64,000 bases of DNA from Paraspadella gotoi (GCA_051294375.1 CM119266.1:15030999-15094998), one strand, 5' to 3'. Shown: positions 26,770 through 41,290, numbered from the stretch's first letter. The notes: generated by a model not told the origin, from the sequence alone. A program made the numbers and translations.

Positions 26770-29700
26770 TCCCTTTCTCCATCCGCTCCCCGCCTATTCG
26801 TTACCACAATTTATATTTTGAAAGGCCTCAGGGTTAACCCCTTCTTCCTCCCTGTCCGCCTATCTCGTAACATGTTATATTTGAAATAGGTGCCTCCAGG
26901 GCGGGTGGTTAACGCCCTGCTCCTTCCTCGTTCGCCTCTATCTCGTAACACAGTGTAAATTTTTAAAAGGCTCCTCCAGGTTTACGCCGTGCCTTTCCTC
27001 GTCGCCTATCTGTACACAATTTCTATATTTTGAAAAAAGGCCTCAGGGGTTGTTACGCGCCTGCCTCCTTCCTCCGTCCGCCTATCTCTACACAATGTAT
27101 ATTTTTTGAAAAAGGGCCCTCCGGATTAAACCCTGCTCTTCCTCCGTCGCCTATATTGTCAAAATGTTATATTTTTGAATGAAAAAAGGGGCCTCCAGGT
27201 TACACGCCCTGCTCCTTCCTCGTTCGCGTATCTCGTACACAATGTTTATATTTTGAAAAGGCCTCGGTTAACGCCTGCTTCCTTCTCCGTCCGGCTTCCT
27301 ATCTGTACACTAATGTTTATATTTTGGAAATGAGGGCCTCCAGGTTACCGCCTGCTGCTCTTCCTCCGGTCCGCCGTATCTCGGTACCCAAGTAATTATT
27401 TTTTTGAAAAAAAGCCTTCCAGGGTTAACGCGCCTGCTCCTTTCCTCCTCCGCTATCTCGGTACACAATGTTATTTTTCGAAAAAAGTGCTCCAGGTTAA
27501 CGCCCTTGTGCTCCTTTCCTCCTCTCCGTCCTATTCGCTACACATGTTTATATTTTGAAAAGGGCCTCAGGCGTTAACGCCACCTGCTCTTCCTCCGTCC
27601 GCCTATACGGTACACAAATGTTCATTTTTGAAAAAAAGGGCCTCCAGGGTTAACGCCCTTGCTCCTTCCTCCGTCCGGCCCTATCGTCGTACACAATGTC
27701 TATCTTTTGAAAAAGGCCTCTAGGTTAACGCCCTGCTCCTTTCCTCCGTCGCCGTATTCTCGTACAACAATGTGTATATTTTTGAAAAGGGGCTCCTCCA
27801 GGTAACGCCCTGCTCCTTCACTCCGTCCGCCCTATGCGTACATCAATGTTATATTTTTTCGAAAAAGGGCCTCCAGGTTAAGCGCGCTGCTCCTTCCTCC
27901 GTCGCCTATCTTACACAATCGTTATATTTTGAAAAAAGGGCCTCCAGGTTAACGCCCATGCTCCTTCCTCCGTCCGCCTATCTCGTACACATGTTATTTT
28001 TTGAAAAAGGCCTCCAGGGTAACGCCCTGCTCCTTTCCTCCGTCCCGCCTATCTGTACACATGTTATATTTTGAAAAAGGGCCTCCAGTGGTTTAACGCC
28101 CTGCTCCTTCTCGTCCGCCTATCTCGTACACAATGTGTATTTATTTGAAAAAGGCCTCCAGTTACGCTCCTGCTCCTTCCTCGTCCGCCATATCTCGTTA
28201 CACAATGTAATTTGAAAAAGGCCGTCCAGGTTAAGCCCTGCTCCTTCCTCCAGTCCGCCTATGCTCGTACAAATTTATATTGAAAAAGGGCCTCAGTGTT
28301 AACGCCCTACTGCTTCCTTCTCCGTCGCCATATCTCGTACACAATGTTATTTTTTGAAAAAGGTCCTCCAGTGTTAACGTCCTGCTCCTTGCCTCCGTCC
28401 GCCTATCTGTACACAATTGTTATTTTTGAAAAAAGGGCCTCCAGGGTTAACGCCCTGCTCCTTCCTTCCGTCCGCCTATCTCGTACACAATGTTACTTTT
28501 TGAAAAAGGGCCTCCCAGCGTTAACCTCCTGCTCCTGTCCTCCGTTCCGTCCTATCTCCGTAACATATGTTTGACTTTTTGAAAAGGGCTCCGAGGTTAG
28601 AGCGCCCTGCTCCTGTCCTCCGTCCCGCACTATCGTCGGTTACACAATTGTGTTATATTTTTGAATGAATAAAGGTGCTCTCAGGTAGGGGTTGGTAACG
28701 CGCGCTACCTTGTCTGTTCGTTTCCTCCGTCCGGACCTCTATTCGGTTACACAATGTTATATTTTTTTGAGAAAAAGGGCCTCCAGGTTAACGCTCCGTG
28801 CTCCTTCTCGTCCGCCTATCTCGTACACAAATGTTATATTTTGAAAAAGGGCCCTTCCAGGCGGTGTTAACGGCCTGCTTTCGCTTTCCTCCGTCCGCCT
28901 ATCTTCGTACACAATGTTGTATATTTTTGAAAAAGGGCCTCAGGTTAACGTCCTGACCTCCTTTTTTTCCTCCGTCCGCCGATCTCGTACACGAATGTTA
29001 TTATTTTTGAAAAAGGGGCCTCAGTTAACCGCGCCTGCTCCTTCCTCCCCGTATTCTCCTCCTCGACTGAACATGTTGTTTATATTTTTGGGAAAGGGCC
29101 TTCCAGGTTTAAACGCCTGTCCCTTCCTCCGTCCGCCTATCTCGTACACAATGTTCTATTTTTGAAAAAAGTTGCTCCAGGGTTTAACCGCCTGCTCCTT
29201 CTCCGTCCGCCTAGTCTCATGTACACAATGTTTATATTTTTGAAAAAAGGGCTCCAGTGTTAAGCCCCTGCTCTTTCCTCGTCCGCCTATCTCGTACAAA
29301 TGTTATATTTTGAAAAAAGGGCCTCCCAGGTTAACGCCCTGCTCCTCTCCTCCGTCCGGCCTAATCTCTGTACACAATGTTATAATTTTTTGAAAAAGGG
29401 CCTCCAGGGTTAACGCCCTGCTCCTTCCTCCTGTTTCCGCCTATCTCGTACACCAATTTATATTTTGAAAAAGGGCCTCAGTTAACGCCCTGCTCCCTTC
29501 CTCCGTCCGCCTATACTCTCGGACACCAATGTTTATTTTTTTGAAAAAGGGCCTCCAGTGTTAACGCCCTTGCTCCTTTTCCTCCGTTTCCGCCTAGCTC
29601 GTAACATGTTATATTTGAAAAAGGAGCCCTCAGGTTAACGCCCTGCTCCTTTCCTCGTTCCGGCCTATTCTCGTACACCTCAATGTTATTATTTGAAAAA

Positions 29701-31400
29701 GCGGCCTCCAGGTACGCCCTCTCTTCCTCCGTCCGCCCTAAAATCTGTTTACACAAATGTTATATCTTTGGAAAAAAAAGGGCCTCCAGTGTTTAACGCC
29801 CTGCTCCTTCTGTGTGTGTTCCGTCCGCCTATCTCGTACACAATGTTATATTTTGAAAAAAGGGCCTCCAGAGTGTTTAAAGCGCCTGCTCCTTCTCCGT
29901 TCGCCTTCTCGTACAACAATGTTTATATGTTGAAAAATAAAGGGCCTCCAGGTTACGCCCTGCTCCTTTCCTCCGTCCGCTTATCTCGTACACAATGTTA
30001 TATTTTGGAAAAAGGGCCTCCAGGTTAACGCCCCTGCTCCTGTCCTCCGGTGCCGCCTTAATGCTCGTACACAATGTTATGATTATTTGGTTGAAAAAGG
30101 CCTCCAGGGGTAACGCGCCTGCTTCCTTCCCTCCGTCCGCCTATCTCGCTACACAATGTTATTATTTTGGAAAAAGGGCCTCCAGGGTTAAAAAAAAAAA
30201 ACGGGCCCCTTGTCTTCCTTCCAGTCCGCCTATCTCCGCTTACACAATGTTAATTTTTGAAAAGGGCCTCCAGCGTTACGCCCTGCGTCCTTCCTCCCCG
30301 TCCGCCTATCTCGTAAATACACGAATGGTTTATTTGAAAAAGGGCCTCCAGGTTACGCCTGCTTCCTGTCCTCCGTCCGCCTATCTCTACAATGTTATAT
30401 TTTGAAAAAGGGCCTCCAGTGCGTTAACGCCCCTGCTCCTTCCTCCGTCCGCCTATACTCGTACGACAATGTTATATTTTGAAAAAGGGCCTCCCAGTTA
30501 ACGCACTTGCTCCTTCCTCGTCCGCTATCTCGTTAACACTGTGTATATTTGAAAAAGGCTCTCCAAGGTTAAACGCCCTGCTCTTCCTCGTCCGCCATCT
30601 CGTACACAATGTTATATTTTGAAAAAGGGCTCCAGGTTAACGGCGCCTCGCTCCTTCCGTCCGTCCGCCTATCTCGTACACAATGTTTATATTTTGAAAA
30701 AGGGCCTCCAGCGTTAACGCCTGCTCCTGTCCTCGTCCGCCTATCTCGTACACAATGTTTTATTTGAAAAAGGGGCCTCCAGTGTTACGCCCTGTCCTTC
30801 CTCCGTCCGCCTTATCTCGTTACACAATTTAATATTTTTGAAAAAGGGCTCCAGGTTAACGCCCTGGCTCCTTCCTCCGTCCGCATCTCGTACACAATGT
30901 TATATTTGAGAAAAGGGCCTCCAGGTTAACGCCCTGCTCCTTCCTCCGTCCTCCGCTATCTCGTTACACAATGTTATATTTTGAAAAGGCCGTCAGGTTA
31001 ACGCCACTGCTCCCCTTCCCCCCCCCATTCCTCCGTGCCGCCTATCTCGTACTCTAACAATGTTATATTTTGGAAAAAAGGCCTCAGGTTAACGCCCCCT
31101 GCTCCTTTCCTCCGTCCGCCTATTCGTACACAATTGTTATATTTGAAAAAGGGCCGTCCAGGTTAACCCCTGCTCCTTCCTCGTCCGGCCTATCTCGTAC
31201 ACAATGTTATATTTTGAAAAAGGCCTCCAGGTTAACGCCCTGCTCCTCCTCCGATCCGCCCTATTCGTACACAATGTTATATTTGAAAAAGTGCCTCCAG
31301 TTAACCCCTGCTCCTTTCCTCCGTCGCCTATCTCTCGTACACAATGTGAATATTTGAAAAGGCTCCAGTAACGCCCTGGCTCCTTCCTCGTCCGCCTAAA
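26770..31400. repeat. Tandem satellite array, ~71-bp unit, roughly 60-65 copies
   Basis: Consensus AAAAAGGGCCTCCAGGTTAACGCCCTGCTCCTTCCTCCGTCCGCCTATCTCGTACACAATGTTATATTTTG repeated head-to-tail. Variation is mostly small indels, and there are no unique spacers. Confidence 0.95.
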
Positions 31401-31864
31401 TTCTCTCTCTTCCGTTTCTCCTTTGGCAATGGTTATGGATATCCCAACATCCCACCCACCCCCGATTTGTATCACCAATTTATCAATTACAATATATCTA
31501 GCAAAATATTCTAAATCTTTTTACTTTTTAGTTTGAATAATACATGGACATCAATCCTTAACTAAAATATGAATATTTTATATTCAGGGCATTAAAACTT
31601 TAGTATTGTATTTCTAAGGCACTAATTTTGTTTTCGCTATTAAATCTTTTATTACAAAATATTTTTGTTAAGAAATAGATTTATTAGCTGACAATATGCA
31701 AATAATGACTCACGTTTTTTGCTTGTCCGCTGGATGGTCACTAATTGTCCATTTCTCTTATTTTCCACGATCTTCGTCGGTTAAACTTCAGAATTATTAA
31801 ATTATTGCTAAAATATAAGAGTCGGAAAAAAAATCGTTAAAAGAATAGGATCGAGGCTCCCTTC

Positions 31865-32115
31865 AATAATAACCCAAATATTGATGCGATTGGATAACCA
31901 AGGAATTGACTGCTGATGATAACACAAATGCATTGATGCGAATGATAACAAATATTGATGCGGATGCATAACCCAATAATTGTGTTGAATGATAACCATT
32001 AAATTTGATTGCGATGAAACCAAATGATCGATGTGATGAATAACCAAATGAATTGATGGGTGGTAATAGACCAACATGGTTGATGCGAAATGGATAGTCC
32101 ATATCTGTGTGATGA
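31865..32115. repeat. Degenerate minisatellite, ~22-24-bp unit (GATAACCAAATGAATTGATGCGAT-like)
   Basis: About 10 recurrences of ATAACC.AAT...TTGATGCG in noisy sequence. Confidence 0.7.
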
Positions 32116-33249
32116 TAATCATTCATCATAAAATAAAACAAAAATAGTGTATGATGTGTGAAAAGAACGAGAGAAAGAAGAGAGAGAGAAAAGAGAGAGA
32201 AAGAAAAGAGAGAGAGAGAAAGAAGCAAGAAAGAGAAGAGAAAGAAAGAGAATAACATCATAAGAAATCTCGGATGTTAAATTTGGGAATTTTGCATTGA
32301 GAAGCGAATGGAAATACATGGCATAATCAACAGTTATTAAAAGGAACAAAATACATCAAAATCTTTCAAAAAACGATCACGCAAGAGATCGATACGAAGA
32401 GAGAGAGAGAAAGACAGAGAGAGTTAGAGAGGAGAAGAGCAGAGACAGAAGAGAAAGAGAGAGAACGACAGTAGACAGAGAGAGAGAGAAAGAAAAGGAG
32501 AAACAATCAGACACAAACGTAGTGTCATGAGTGGCATGGATTAAAAAACAGACAACGTACTGACGACAAGACTATTAAACCCGAGGACAATTGAAGACAA
32601 TGATAGGAAGAAAGAGAAAACAAAGAGAAACGACAAAGGCAGAAGAACATTGGAAGAAGAGGATGCAGAAAAGAGGAAAAGGAAAAGGACAATGACAGAA
32701 ACCGATGCCAGACATTTAACGAACAAATATCGCCCCAAAACTATAATAAAACAAAGAACTGATAAATTTCCAAATGTGTTTGCGCCGACCCACGTGACTA
32801 CCCTCTATCGCGTGTATTCATCGTGAACGAACATGACGTGAACATGACCCCTTAATCGTGACATGATAAAACTGAAGTCCCGTTTAAAGGGCAAAGGAGC
32901 AACCGAATGCGCGCAACGACGATATTGGGCGAACGGCCCATCCCCGTGAGGGGCCCGGTATAGCGCGGGTGTGCACGGGAGGTGTCCGATCAGGTCGCTA
33001 CAGGCCAGATTCCGCCTGGTTTAATTTATTTTAATTGTCGGATTATCTGCATGGGTTTACTGGTTGGGCTTGTTAGCATCCATTAAAACCAGTAAAACGC
33101 CAAAAATTTCGCTTCAACCCTACATCAATTAATCTCGGCAAGCTGCTTAATCCTAAATTTCTTTCCCTTTTAATCAGAAACCTGCATATTAAACAAAACT
33201 CATCAAAGTTAAAAGTTGAAAAAAAATTGAAAACCCTCTGTCTTTCTTT

Positions 33250-33870
33250 TGTTAATTTGAGGTTGGAGTAGTTGCATTTGGCAAAGCTTGTTTCTCCCTT
33301 TAAAACTCAACAATCGCTCTAAAATCCGCATTACCTCGAAATTGCTGGAACCTGATGTGACCTGTAAAACCTGACAATGATACTAAGTAACGGATAAAAC
33401 CTGGGTAAACGGAATATCAAGAACAGTGCGTTCAAAAGAAAAATATGAAAACCTAGTTTCGTTTCTTTGTTATTTTCGATGATTGACCTTATCAACTGTG
33501 AGCGTATATTTCTTCTTCTTAAAACTCAAACCGCTAAGAATCCGCTACAGACCGTATAGCCAAAACCTGAATTACTACACTAGATAAAAACTATTGTCAT
33601 TTTTAAATATGATAAACCTGAGTAAAACGATGTAACTACAAGCAAAAAATTCCAATTTCAGGAAACGTAGTTAATTTCATTATATTATTTTGAATCCATT
33701 TCATAATTTAGTACCTCACTTGGCAAATCAATTTCTCTTCTTAATTATGAATCCGCTATTAATCGCACATTAACTGAGGATCAGAAACCTTTCTTGACCT
33801 AATGAAACCCATAGATATTGTCAGATGCTGATAACCTGGGTAAACGAGTGACCTATAGTAAATAAAATTG
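33250..33870. repeat. Degenerate ~217-220-bp tandem repeat, about 3 copies
   Basis: ACCTG(G/A)GTAAA(A)CG recurs at ~33400, ~33617 and ~33834. TTTCT..CTT.AAAACTCAA..CGCT..AATCCGC recurs at ~33290 and ~33510, with a weaker copy at ~33730. Confidence 0.65.
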
Positions 33871-36093
33871 TTTTTGTAATTTTTTTAAGGACAAAATATG
33901 TGGACTAAATATAACTAAAAAATAGTATTCACTATGTAGAAAAAAAAAGATACGCATTTGGATCTTCTGGACTATGATAAAGTGAGATGAGACAGTTCTA
34001 GCTTTCTAAACGCCGTATATTTATTACAATTTGACAATGGATATTAAGAAAAGACAGTAAGATATACAGGACACACACATAGTTTTTTATTTTTAGAGAA
34101 GTAGAAGAAGAAGGGTCGAAAATGATAACGAAAGAAAGGTTTTTCGAAGTCTTCTCTTTACGGTCAAAATTCACGCGCTAAGACCATTCATTCTGTCATT
34201 GAAACAATTGCTACTCTCTGCTGCTTTCTGCCTAACTTAATCGAATTCTACTTCGGTACATGTACCTTCACTGTTGTTCTCGCTTCCTTTCTGACTAATT
34301 TTGATCGTATTTTTCCTGACGGCATGTATCAGCGCGCTGTGCCTTGGTGCCGTGATTAGCCAAAATGCGCTAAATTATAGCTCTCGACGTTGCAGCGTGT
34401 CTATAAAGATCAATACAACCTTGCACACAAATCGAAGGAATACGCTAGACTAAGAAAAAAACCCGCGTCGAGATTTCAACAAGCAGACGGACACTCCGAC
34501 TCGAACGACGACACGACGGACGACGTCGACGACGGAAACAGATGCACGCCAACTGCCTATCGTGCAGTGTATCACATAATTTGCGGACGAAATAGTCGTT
34601 TCGATCGAAGAAACGTCACCTCCGTCTGCTAAGAAAAAACAAACTCTGATACCCACATGTGGCGTGAACCTACGTCTAAAAGCATCAGCAATTTCACCGA
34701 TTCGAGAAAGAGAAGGAGAGACGAGACGAGATGAAAGGAGAGAGGTAGACGAGAGAGGGAAACGAGAGACACGACTGATGACCGAAATCCAGGAGTGCCG
34801 TCATGATCGTGACGAGACGTCGAGCAGATTCAGAAACGGTTAAGTAATGGTCTCGAGTGAGACGACTGTTAGAGTGACACGTCGAATCGGACAGTATCCG
34901 AACCGTGCAGCTCGAGATACCTCTCGCCTCGCCGTGCGTCTTCGCCGGTCCTGCTCATGCGGCGTTCCACTCTCGTGCCTATGCGCTACTAGGATGTATT
35001 GCCTCGCTCGTAAAGGAATTCTCCGAGCATCAGTGAGAACTAATAACAAGGCAGGCCGAGTAACCAAATGTCTAAAACAATGATTCACGCGATAAAATGA
35101 AAGAGCTAGAGAGACGGAGAGAGCGAGAGTGAAGATTACGATGTCGTGAAGAGAGCAGAGACGAGATAATGCTTACCGTTGGAGAGAGACAGATCTGAGA
35201 GCAGAGACGAGAGAGAGACGAGAGAGAGAGACACGAGAGAGAGACGAGAGAGAGAGGAATTATGACAAAAACCTCGTCANNNNNNNNNNNNNNNNNNNNN
35301 NNNNAAAAAAAAAAAGCGTCGAAACGTCAAACGTCAAAGGAAGGAATCGAAGGAAAAGATTGCGAACCGACGGGAGTTGAAAGGAAAACAATCGCCGTCC
35401 AGCGATGAAGGGGAAAAGGACGACGACGATGAGGACGACGACAACCACGACGACGACTTTCAAATGAAAAAAGGGGGACAAGAACAACGGGCTCGTCAAA
35501 AAGACGTGTCAAAACCTCCATTTTTTTTCGGGGATACGATCGAAATTACATGCGCTGCCAATGAGCAGAAGGAGGTCCGAGACTGGATCGCTGCGAATTT
35601 TTTGGAATTTTACCGCTGAGCGACTGTCCGACCACAAAAACGGATAACAACAACGACGAAATTCTTCGAGACCAAAAAAAAAAAAAAAAAGAAGCATTTA
35701 ATAGCGTGGCCGATGGACGTCGACCCTTTTTCGTGACGCCGCTGCGCGTGGGAGCGCTACGCTGCCCGCGACGGCGTTCAACTCGATATATCCGGTGGCG
35801 CCGACGGATGCCGACGCCGCGGCGTTCCCGGTCGCAGCAGCGGCGTTGCCATCTCCGCGGCTGCAGCGCCGCTTCTCCGCGAGATCTTATCTAATTTCAT
35901 TACGCCGATACCAACTAATTAGATTTCGCCAATTCCAGTCTCCTCCTCCTCTTCCTCTTCCTCCTCCTCCTCACAGCCTGAAAGAGAAAGGAGGCCTTTC
36001 CCTGTAGATGGGAATCCCCAAAATTATTTCCTCTCTGAGTCTCTTCTCTTTTTTTCTTTTCTTTTTGCGTTTCCTTACTCTCTTGTCCTTTTT

Positions 36094-36149
<56 letters not shown>

Positions 36150-36181
36150 GCTTTCTTGCTTTCTTTCTTTCTTTCTTTCTT

Positions 36182-36225
<44 letters not shown>

Positions 36226-36731
36226 TTTTTCTTTCTTTCTTTCTTTCTGTTTTTTGTGTTTTTTCTTAATTATTTTTCTCTTTTACTTTGTATTAATATG
36301 TTATTCTAAAAATGAAATATTATCTAGTACTTTCGTTCAATCTTAATATTTCCTCTCAACGCATATCGTTCGTTTTATCCAGATTCTCTTCATTCGCTTT
36401 CACTTTGTCCTTGTCCCTTACTATCTATTGTCTAACGCTTTCCGAGATTCCTCGCTTCCCAAAACATCTCGCTCTCTCTCGCTCTTACATTTTCCCTCTT
36501 TCTCTCTCCATCTCTTTACATTATCCCCTCCGACTCCCTCCTTCCACTCGCACTATCTCGTCCTCATATCCGATTTCTGTGGCGGGTAATTTAATTTCTC
36601 CATCGCTCGTTTGGGACAAAAGCCAAGGTGCGATTACATCCTTCTTCCGCGCGATAGTGGCCGGATAAAATTGGGGTCCGTGTCCTTTAGCTTTCTCTCT
36701 CTCCCTTTTTCTCTCTTTCTCTGTTTCACTC

Positions 36732-36843
<112 letters not shown>

Positions 36844-38323
36844 TTTCTAATTAACGATACACTCTCCCGAATTTCGCGCTCCTGGAAATTACTCGTTTAT
36901 GCCCGAGAGATGTTGCATGCTCTTTCCACGCTCTTTCCGTAAATTAGCGACGCTACTAGTTACTTCGCCGTCATTCACAGCTTCCGCTTTTTTCGCTCAG
37001 TAATGAATTTAATACTTCTAAGTGTCGCTACGCGAAAAAAAGACCCGACCGCCAAAACGCCAACTACAACGAGCTACTCGATGCGGCGTCATTCGCTTTT
37101 TCGCTCGCGTTTCGTTTCGCGGCTAATAGCGCGTGTNNNNNNNNNNNNNNNNNNNNNNNNNNNNNNNNNNNNNNNNNNNNNNNNNNNNNNNNNNNNNNNN
37201 NNNNNNNNNNNNNNNNNNNNNNNNNNNNNNNNNNNNNNNNNNNNNNNNNNNNNNNNNNNNNNNNNNNNNNNNNNNNNNNNNNNNAGAGAGAGAGAGAGAG
37301 AGAGAGACGCACCATTAAAACCTCATTTACTGCTTTCCAATCTAACGTCGTCGTCGCTTTTGTTCATCCGTCGCCGGAAACAACTCCGACTTCGTTGTTG
37401 TTTTCGTCGTCGTCGTCGTCAACGTCGCCGTCGTCGTCGACTACCTTCCACCCCCCTACCCCCTTTCTAGCAAAAGTGCCACTTTAGGATTCGCTAGACG
37501 GATTAACGCCGCCGCGAGGCGAAACTCCTTCAAAATTACTTCTGCACAATGTTAGCGTAGAAAGTCGTCGAAAATATAGTGGAATGAAAAATGAAATTCT
37601 TGCGCAGGTTAAAATTTAAGGTTTTATTTAAGTTTTTAACATTATAATGATTTTGAAGAATCGATATGCGATCCTTGCCGACCTGAAATGGAAACAAAAG
37701 ACATCCTGATACTTTTTAGGTTTTCGTGTCAAATCGGCAGATTCTCATGGGATGGTGTTTGTTAGAAGAGGTGAATGGCAGGTGGAGAGCAAAATGGAGT
37801 GAAGGCGCTTTGACAACGGCGGCCTAAAACCGTTACGATTGTTCTCCGCCGGCGCCGCCGCCGCGCTTGACGCCGGTAAGCTCGAAAAGGAAACCCGGAA
37901 TGAGATGAGCGAACAGAACAGAAAAGCGCCCTCTATGCAAATGGCGCAAAATGACGCGAATGGCGGAAACGTCGCGCCTCGCGGCCGCCGAAAATTACAC
38001 CGGAACCCGCGACGCTGGCGGGCCATTGTTCCGTCGGGGCCCTGCCGTTCGCCTCCCGGCAAGAGGACCGTCGCAATACAATATGCAATGAATATTTGCG
38101 GCTAATTGAGTTACAAGCGCGTCATCGAACGCCGACTCGCAAAACCCCCGGGATTCCAAAATCGACTTTGCGTGCGCGGAGCTATCGAGGCCGAGATGCG
38201 CGCGAGAGAGTCAGAGCAGTCAGAGCAGGCAGCCCGGAGTTCTGAGCGCTTGATCCTGTGTGCTCTTGTCTCAATAACCGCGGAAATTCATTAATTATCG
38301 GAAACATAATCCAATATACTTTC

Positions 38324-38432
<109 letters not shown>

Positions 38433-39183
38433 GATTCCGTCGAGGCGGGCTTTTTGGCCGATGAGATCGGAAAATCCTTTTCCCGATTCCTTTTTCCTTT
38501 TCTCTCTTTCGCTTTAACTCCCTCTCTCTCTCTCTCTCTTTCTCTTCTTCCTTAGTATTCTTTTCTTCTTTCCTTTCTTTCTTTTTCTTTCTCGCCTTCC
38601 TCTCTTCCTCCTTTCGTTAATGCGGTGACCCAGAAATCATTAATTATACGAAGAGCGACCGCCAGTTGGCGGCGGCGGCGGCGGCAGCGGCGGCNNNNNN
38701 NNNNNNNNNNNNNNNNNNNNNNNNNNNNNNNNNNNNNNNNNNNNNNNNNNNNNNNNNNNNNNNNNNNNNNNNNNNNNNNNNNNNNNNNNNNNNNNNNNNN
38801 NNNNNNNNNNNNNNNNNNNNNNNNNNNNNNNNNNNNNNNNNNNNNNNNNNNNNNNNNNNNNNNNNNNNNNNNNNNNNNGGGGGGGGGAGAGCGCGAGAGA
38901 TTTCGCGTGGGTCGAAGTAAGGTTCAAGTTTGGGTGAGGATTAGGACGCGAAGCGCGGGAATCTCGTCGCGACTGCTGGGTGAGGTTTAGAGCGAGCGGA
39001 GGTGAAGTTAGGGTGGGATTTATGTTCACTCGAGAAATTTCCCACGTTTTCAACTAATTAGCAAAGTTTTGTGTTTTGGTCGTTCAATTTATCTCCCTGG
39101 CTGGATCTATTCTTCGGCTTCCGCTCTCTGTATCTCGCGTTTTTTTCTAATTTCTCTTTTTCAAATGCAGTCTATTATCTCTC

Positions 39184-39294
<111 letters not shown>

Positions 39295-39592
39295 CAGTTC
39301 CCGTTTCGCTCTTCATTAAAGTTACCCCACAATAATTAACCAAGTTTCTGCTACATCATTTCCCGGAGAATATTTCCAACTTGTTAATTAACTCGTACGG
39401 GAAGGAGGAGGAGGAGCAGAGAGAGGAGGAAGAGGAGGATTGAAGGAGGAGCGAGAGGAGGAGAGAAAGGAGGAGGATCGGGAATTGAGAACAAAAGTGA
39501 AATGAAAATTCATTCCTTGTCCCGGGCGAGGACTGCGGGGATTACAGCGCATTAATTCACTTTTTTTTGGGGCGAGATTCTACCCAAAAACA

Positions 39593-39685
<93 letters not shown>

Positions 39686-41290
39686 AATCGGTGTCTTTTT
39701 CCCTCTCGACCAGTTCGTAAATTCTCTCTTTTCACTAATTAATTCCGTCTTCCTAATTAAATCGGCAAAGATTGATAGCGCATGTCTGACGTAAAATTTT
39801 CGGCCGTTACACGTTTTAAATTTTTTTACGACAATTTTCTTAATTAGAATACTTTATTGTTTTTTCTCTTTAGATGATTGGGTTTAGAATTCTTCAAAAT
39901 ATTTACTATTTACTATACATGTTATAATTGTTTACTACTAAAAAAAATAATTTTTTTTTATATATTTTTACAAAATTAGATTTAATGATCGAGCCAAAAA
40001 AAAAAAAAAATTTCAATTTCGATTACTTGAGTCAGGAGAAAAACTAATCTAAATTCCGGATGTATATGGATTGAAAAAAAGGGGAAAAATCCATTTTAAT
40101 CGTATAAATCTTTTCAGATTTCGAATTATTTTTTCGAAGGTCTTCGTCTCATTCCTTAGTCCTTTTGAAATTTCCGAAAGACACACACGGAGAAAGACAA
40201 AAATGAGANNNNNNNNNNNNNNNNNNNNNNNNNNNNNNNNNNNNNNNNNNNNNNNNNNNNNNNNNNNNNNNNNNNNNNNNNNNNNNNNNNNNNNNNNNNN
40301 NNNNNNNNNNNNNNNNNNNNNNNNNNNNNNNNNNNNNNNNNNNNNNNNNNNNNNNNNNNNNNNNNNNNNNNNNNNGAGAAAAAAAAAGTGAAAAAAAAAG
40401 AGTCAAAATTAATCAGAGAAATTTTCGCGATGAAACAAAACAAAAAGAGCGAGAAAAAAAAACCTGAAAAATTGAAAACAGCAACGAGGGGGTAAACGAA
40501 GAAAAAAAAATCTCTCGAAAATTTTAATGACGAATTTTTCTCGACTTTTTTCCCCCTTTTTTTTCTTTTATTTTCTTAAAAACCCCGCGTTTTTCGTCAT
40601 TAATTTTCCCCAAGATGTCATGTGAGGTCTGCCCCCNNNNNNNNNNNNNNNNNNNNNNNNNGGAGAGACGAGCTGAACTTAACAAATGAAGAAATTTGTA
40701 AATGGCGAAGGAAACGCGCATTAACCCCGACATAACGACGAGAGAGAGAGAGAGAGGAGAGAGAGAGAGGAGAGAGAAGGAGAGAGATGAGAGAGAGAGA
40801 GGATGAGAGAAAGAGAGAGAGAGAGAGACGATTACACGAGCAAGGGTAGAATACACCCGAAGCATCTTCGGCTGACGCCTAATTTTCATAATCATACAGA
40901 TAAAACCAGAAACTCTTTTACAAGAATAAATTCGAATTTTTCTTGCTTCCTTTATCGAGGCTAACTTGCCTTCCGGCGCTTCTCTCATCTCTTCCTCTCT
41001 CTTCTCTCTCTCTCTTCTTCTCTTCTCTCTTCTCTCTTCTTCTCTCTCTCTCTTCTCAATTTTAACCATTGTTTCCCGTTGTTTTTTCCGCGTTCGATAT
41101 TGGCGCCGCTTCTTCCACGCCCCCCCCCCCACATTTTTGGAAATGCTCAACCGAACTTCTTATTGATCATTCGTTCTCGTAAAATCCAAAGCAGGAATTT
41201 TCTCCTACGCGTAAGAATAAACAAACGGGAGAGTTTTGCAGTTGCAGTTTTAGGCCATAGGCTTGTGTGCGAATGCGAGATAGAGAGAGA

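Noticed and set aside
26770-31400. CRISPR-like array, or repeat-protein ORFs (FEKGPPG/LLPPSAYL)
   Set aside because: The units are contiguous with no unique spacers, there are no cas genes, the context is eukaryotic, and the ORFs are frame-hopping translations of the satellite.
32945-33025. Possible tRNA or tRNA-derived SINE head (GGGGCCCGGTATAGCG...GATTCCGCC)
   Set aside because: There is no convincing cloverleaf or B-box, and the surrounding sequence is noisy.
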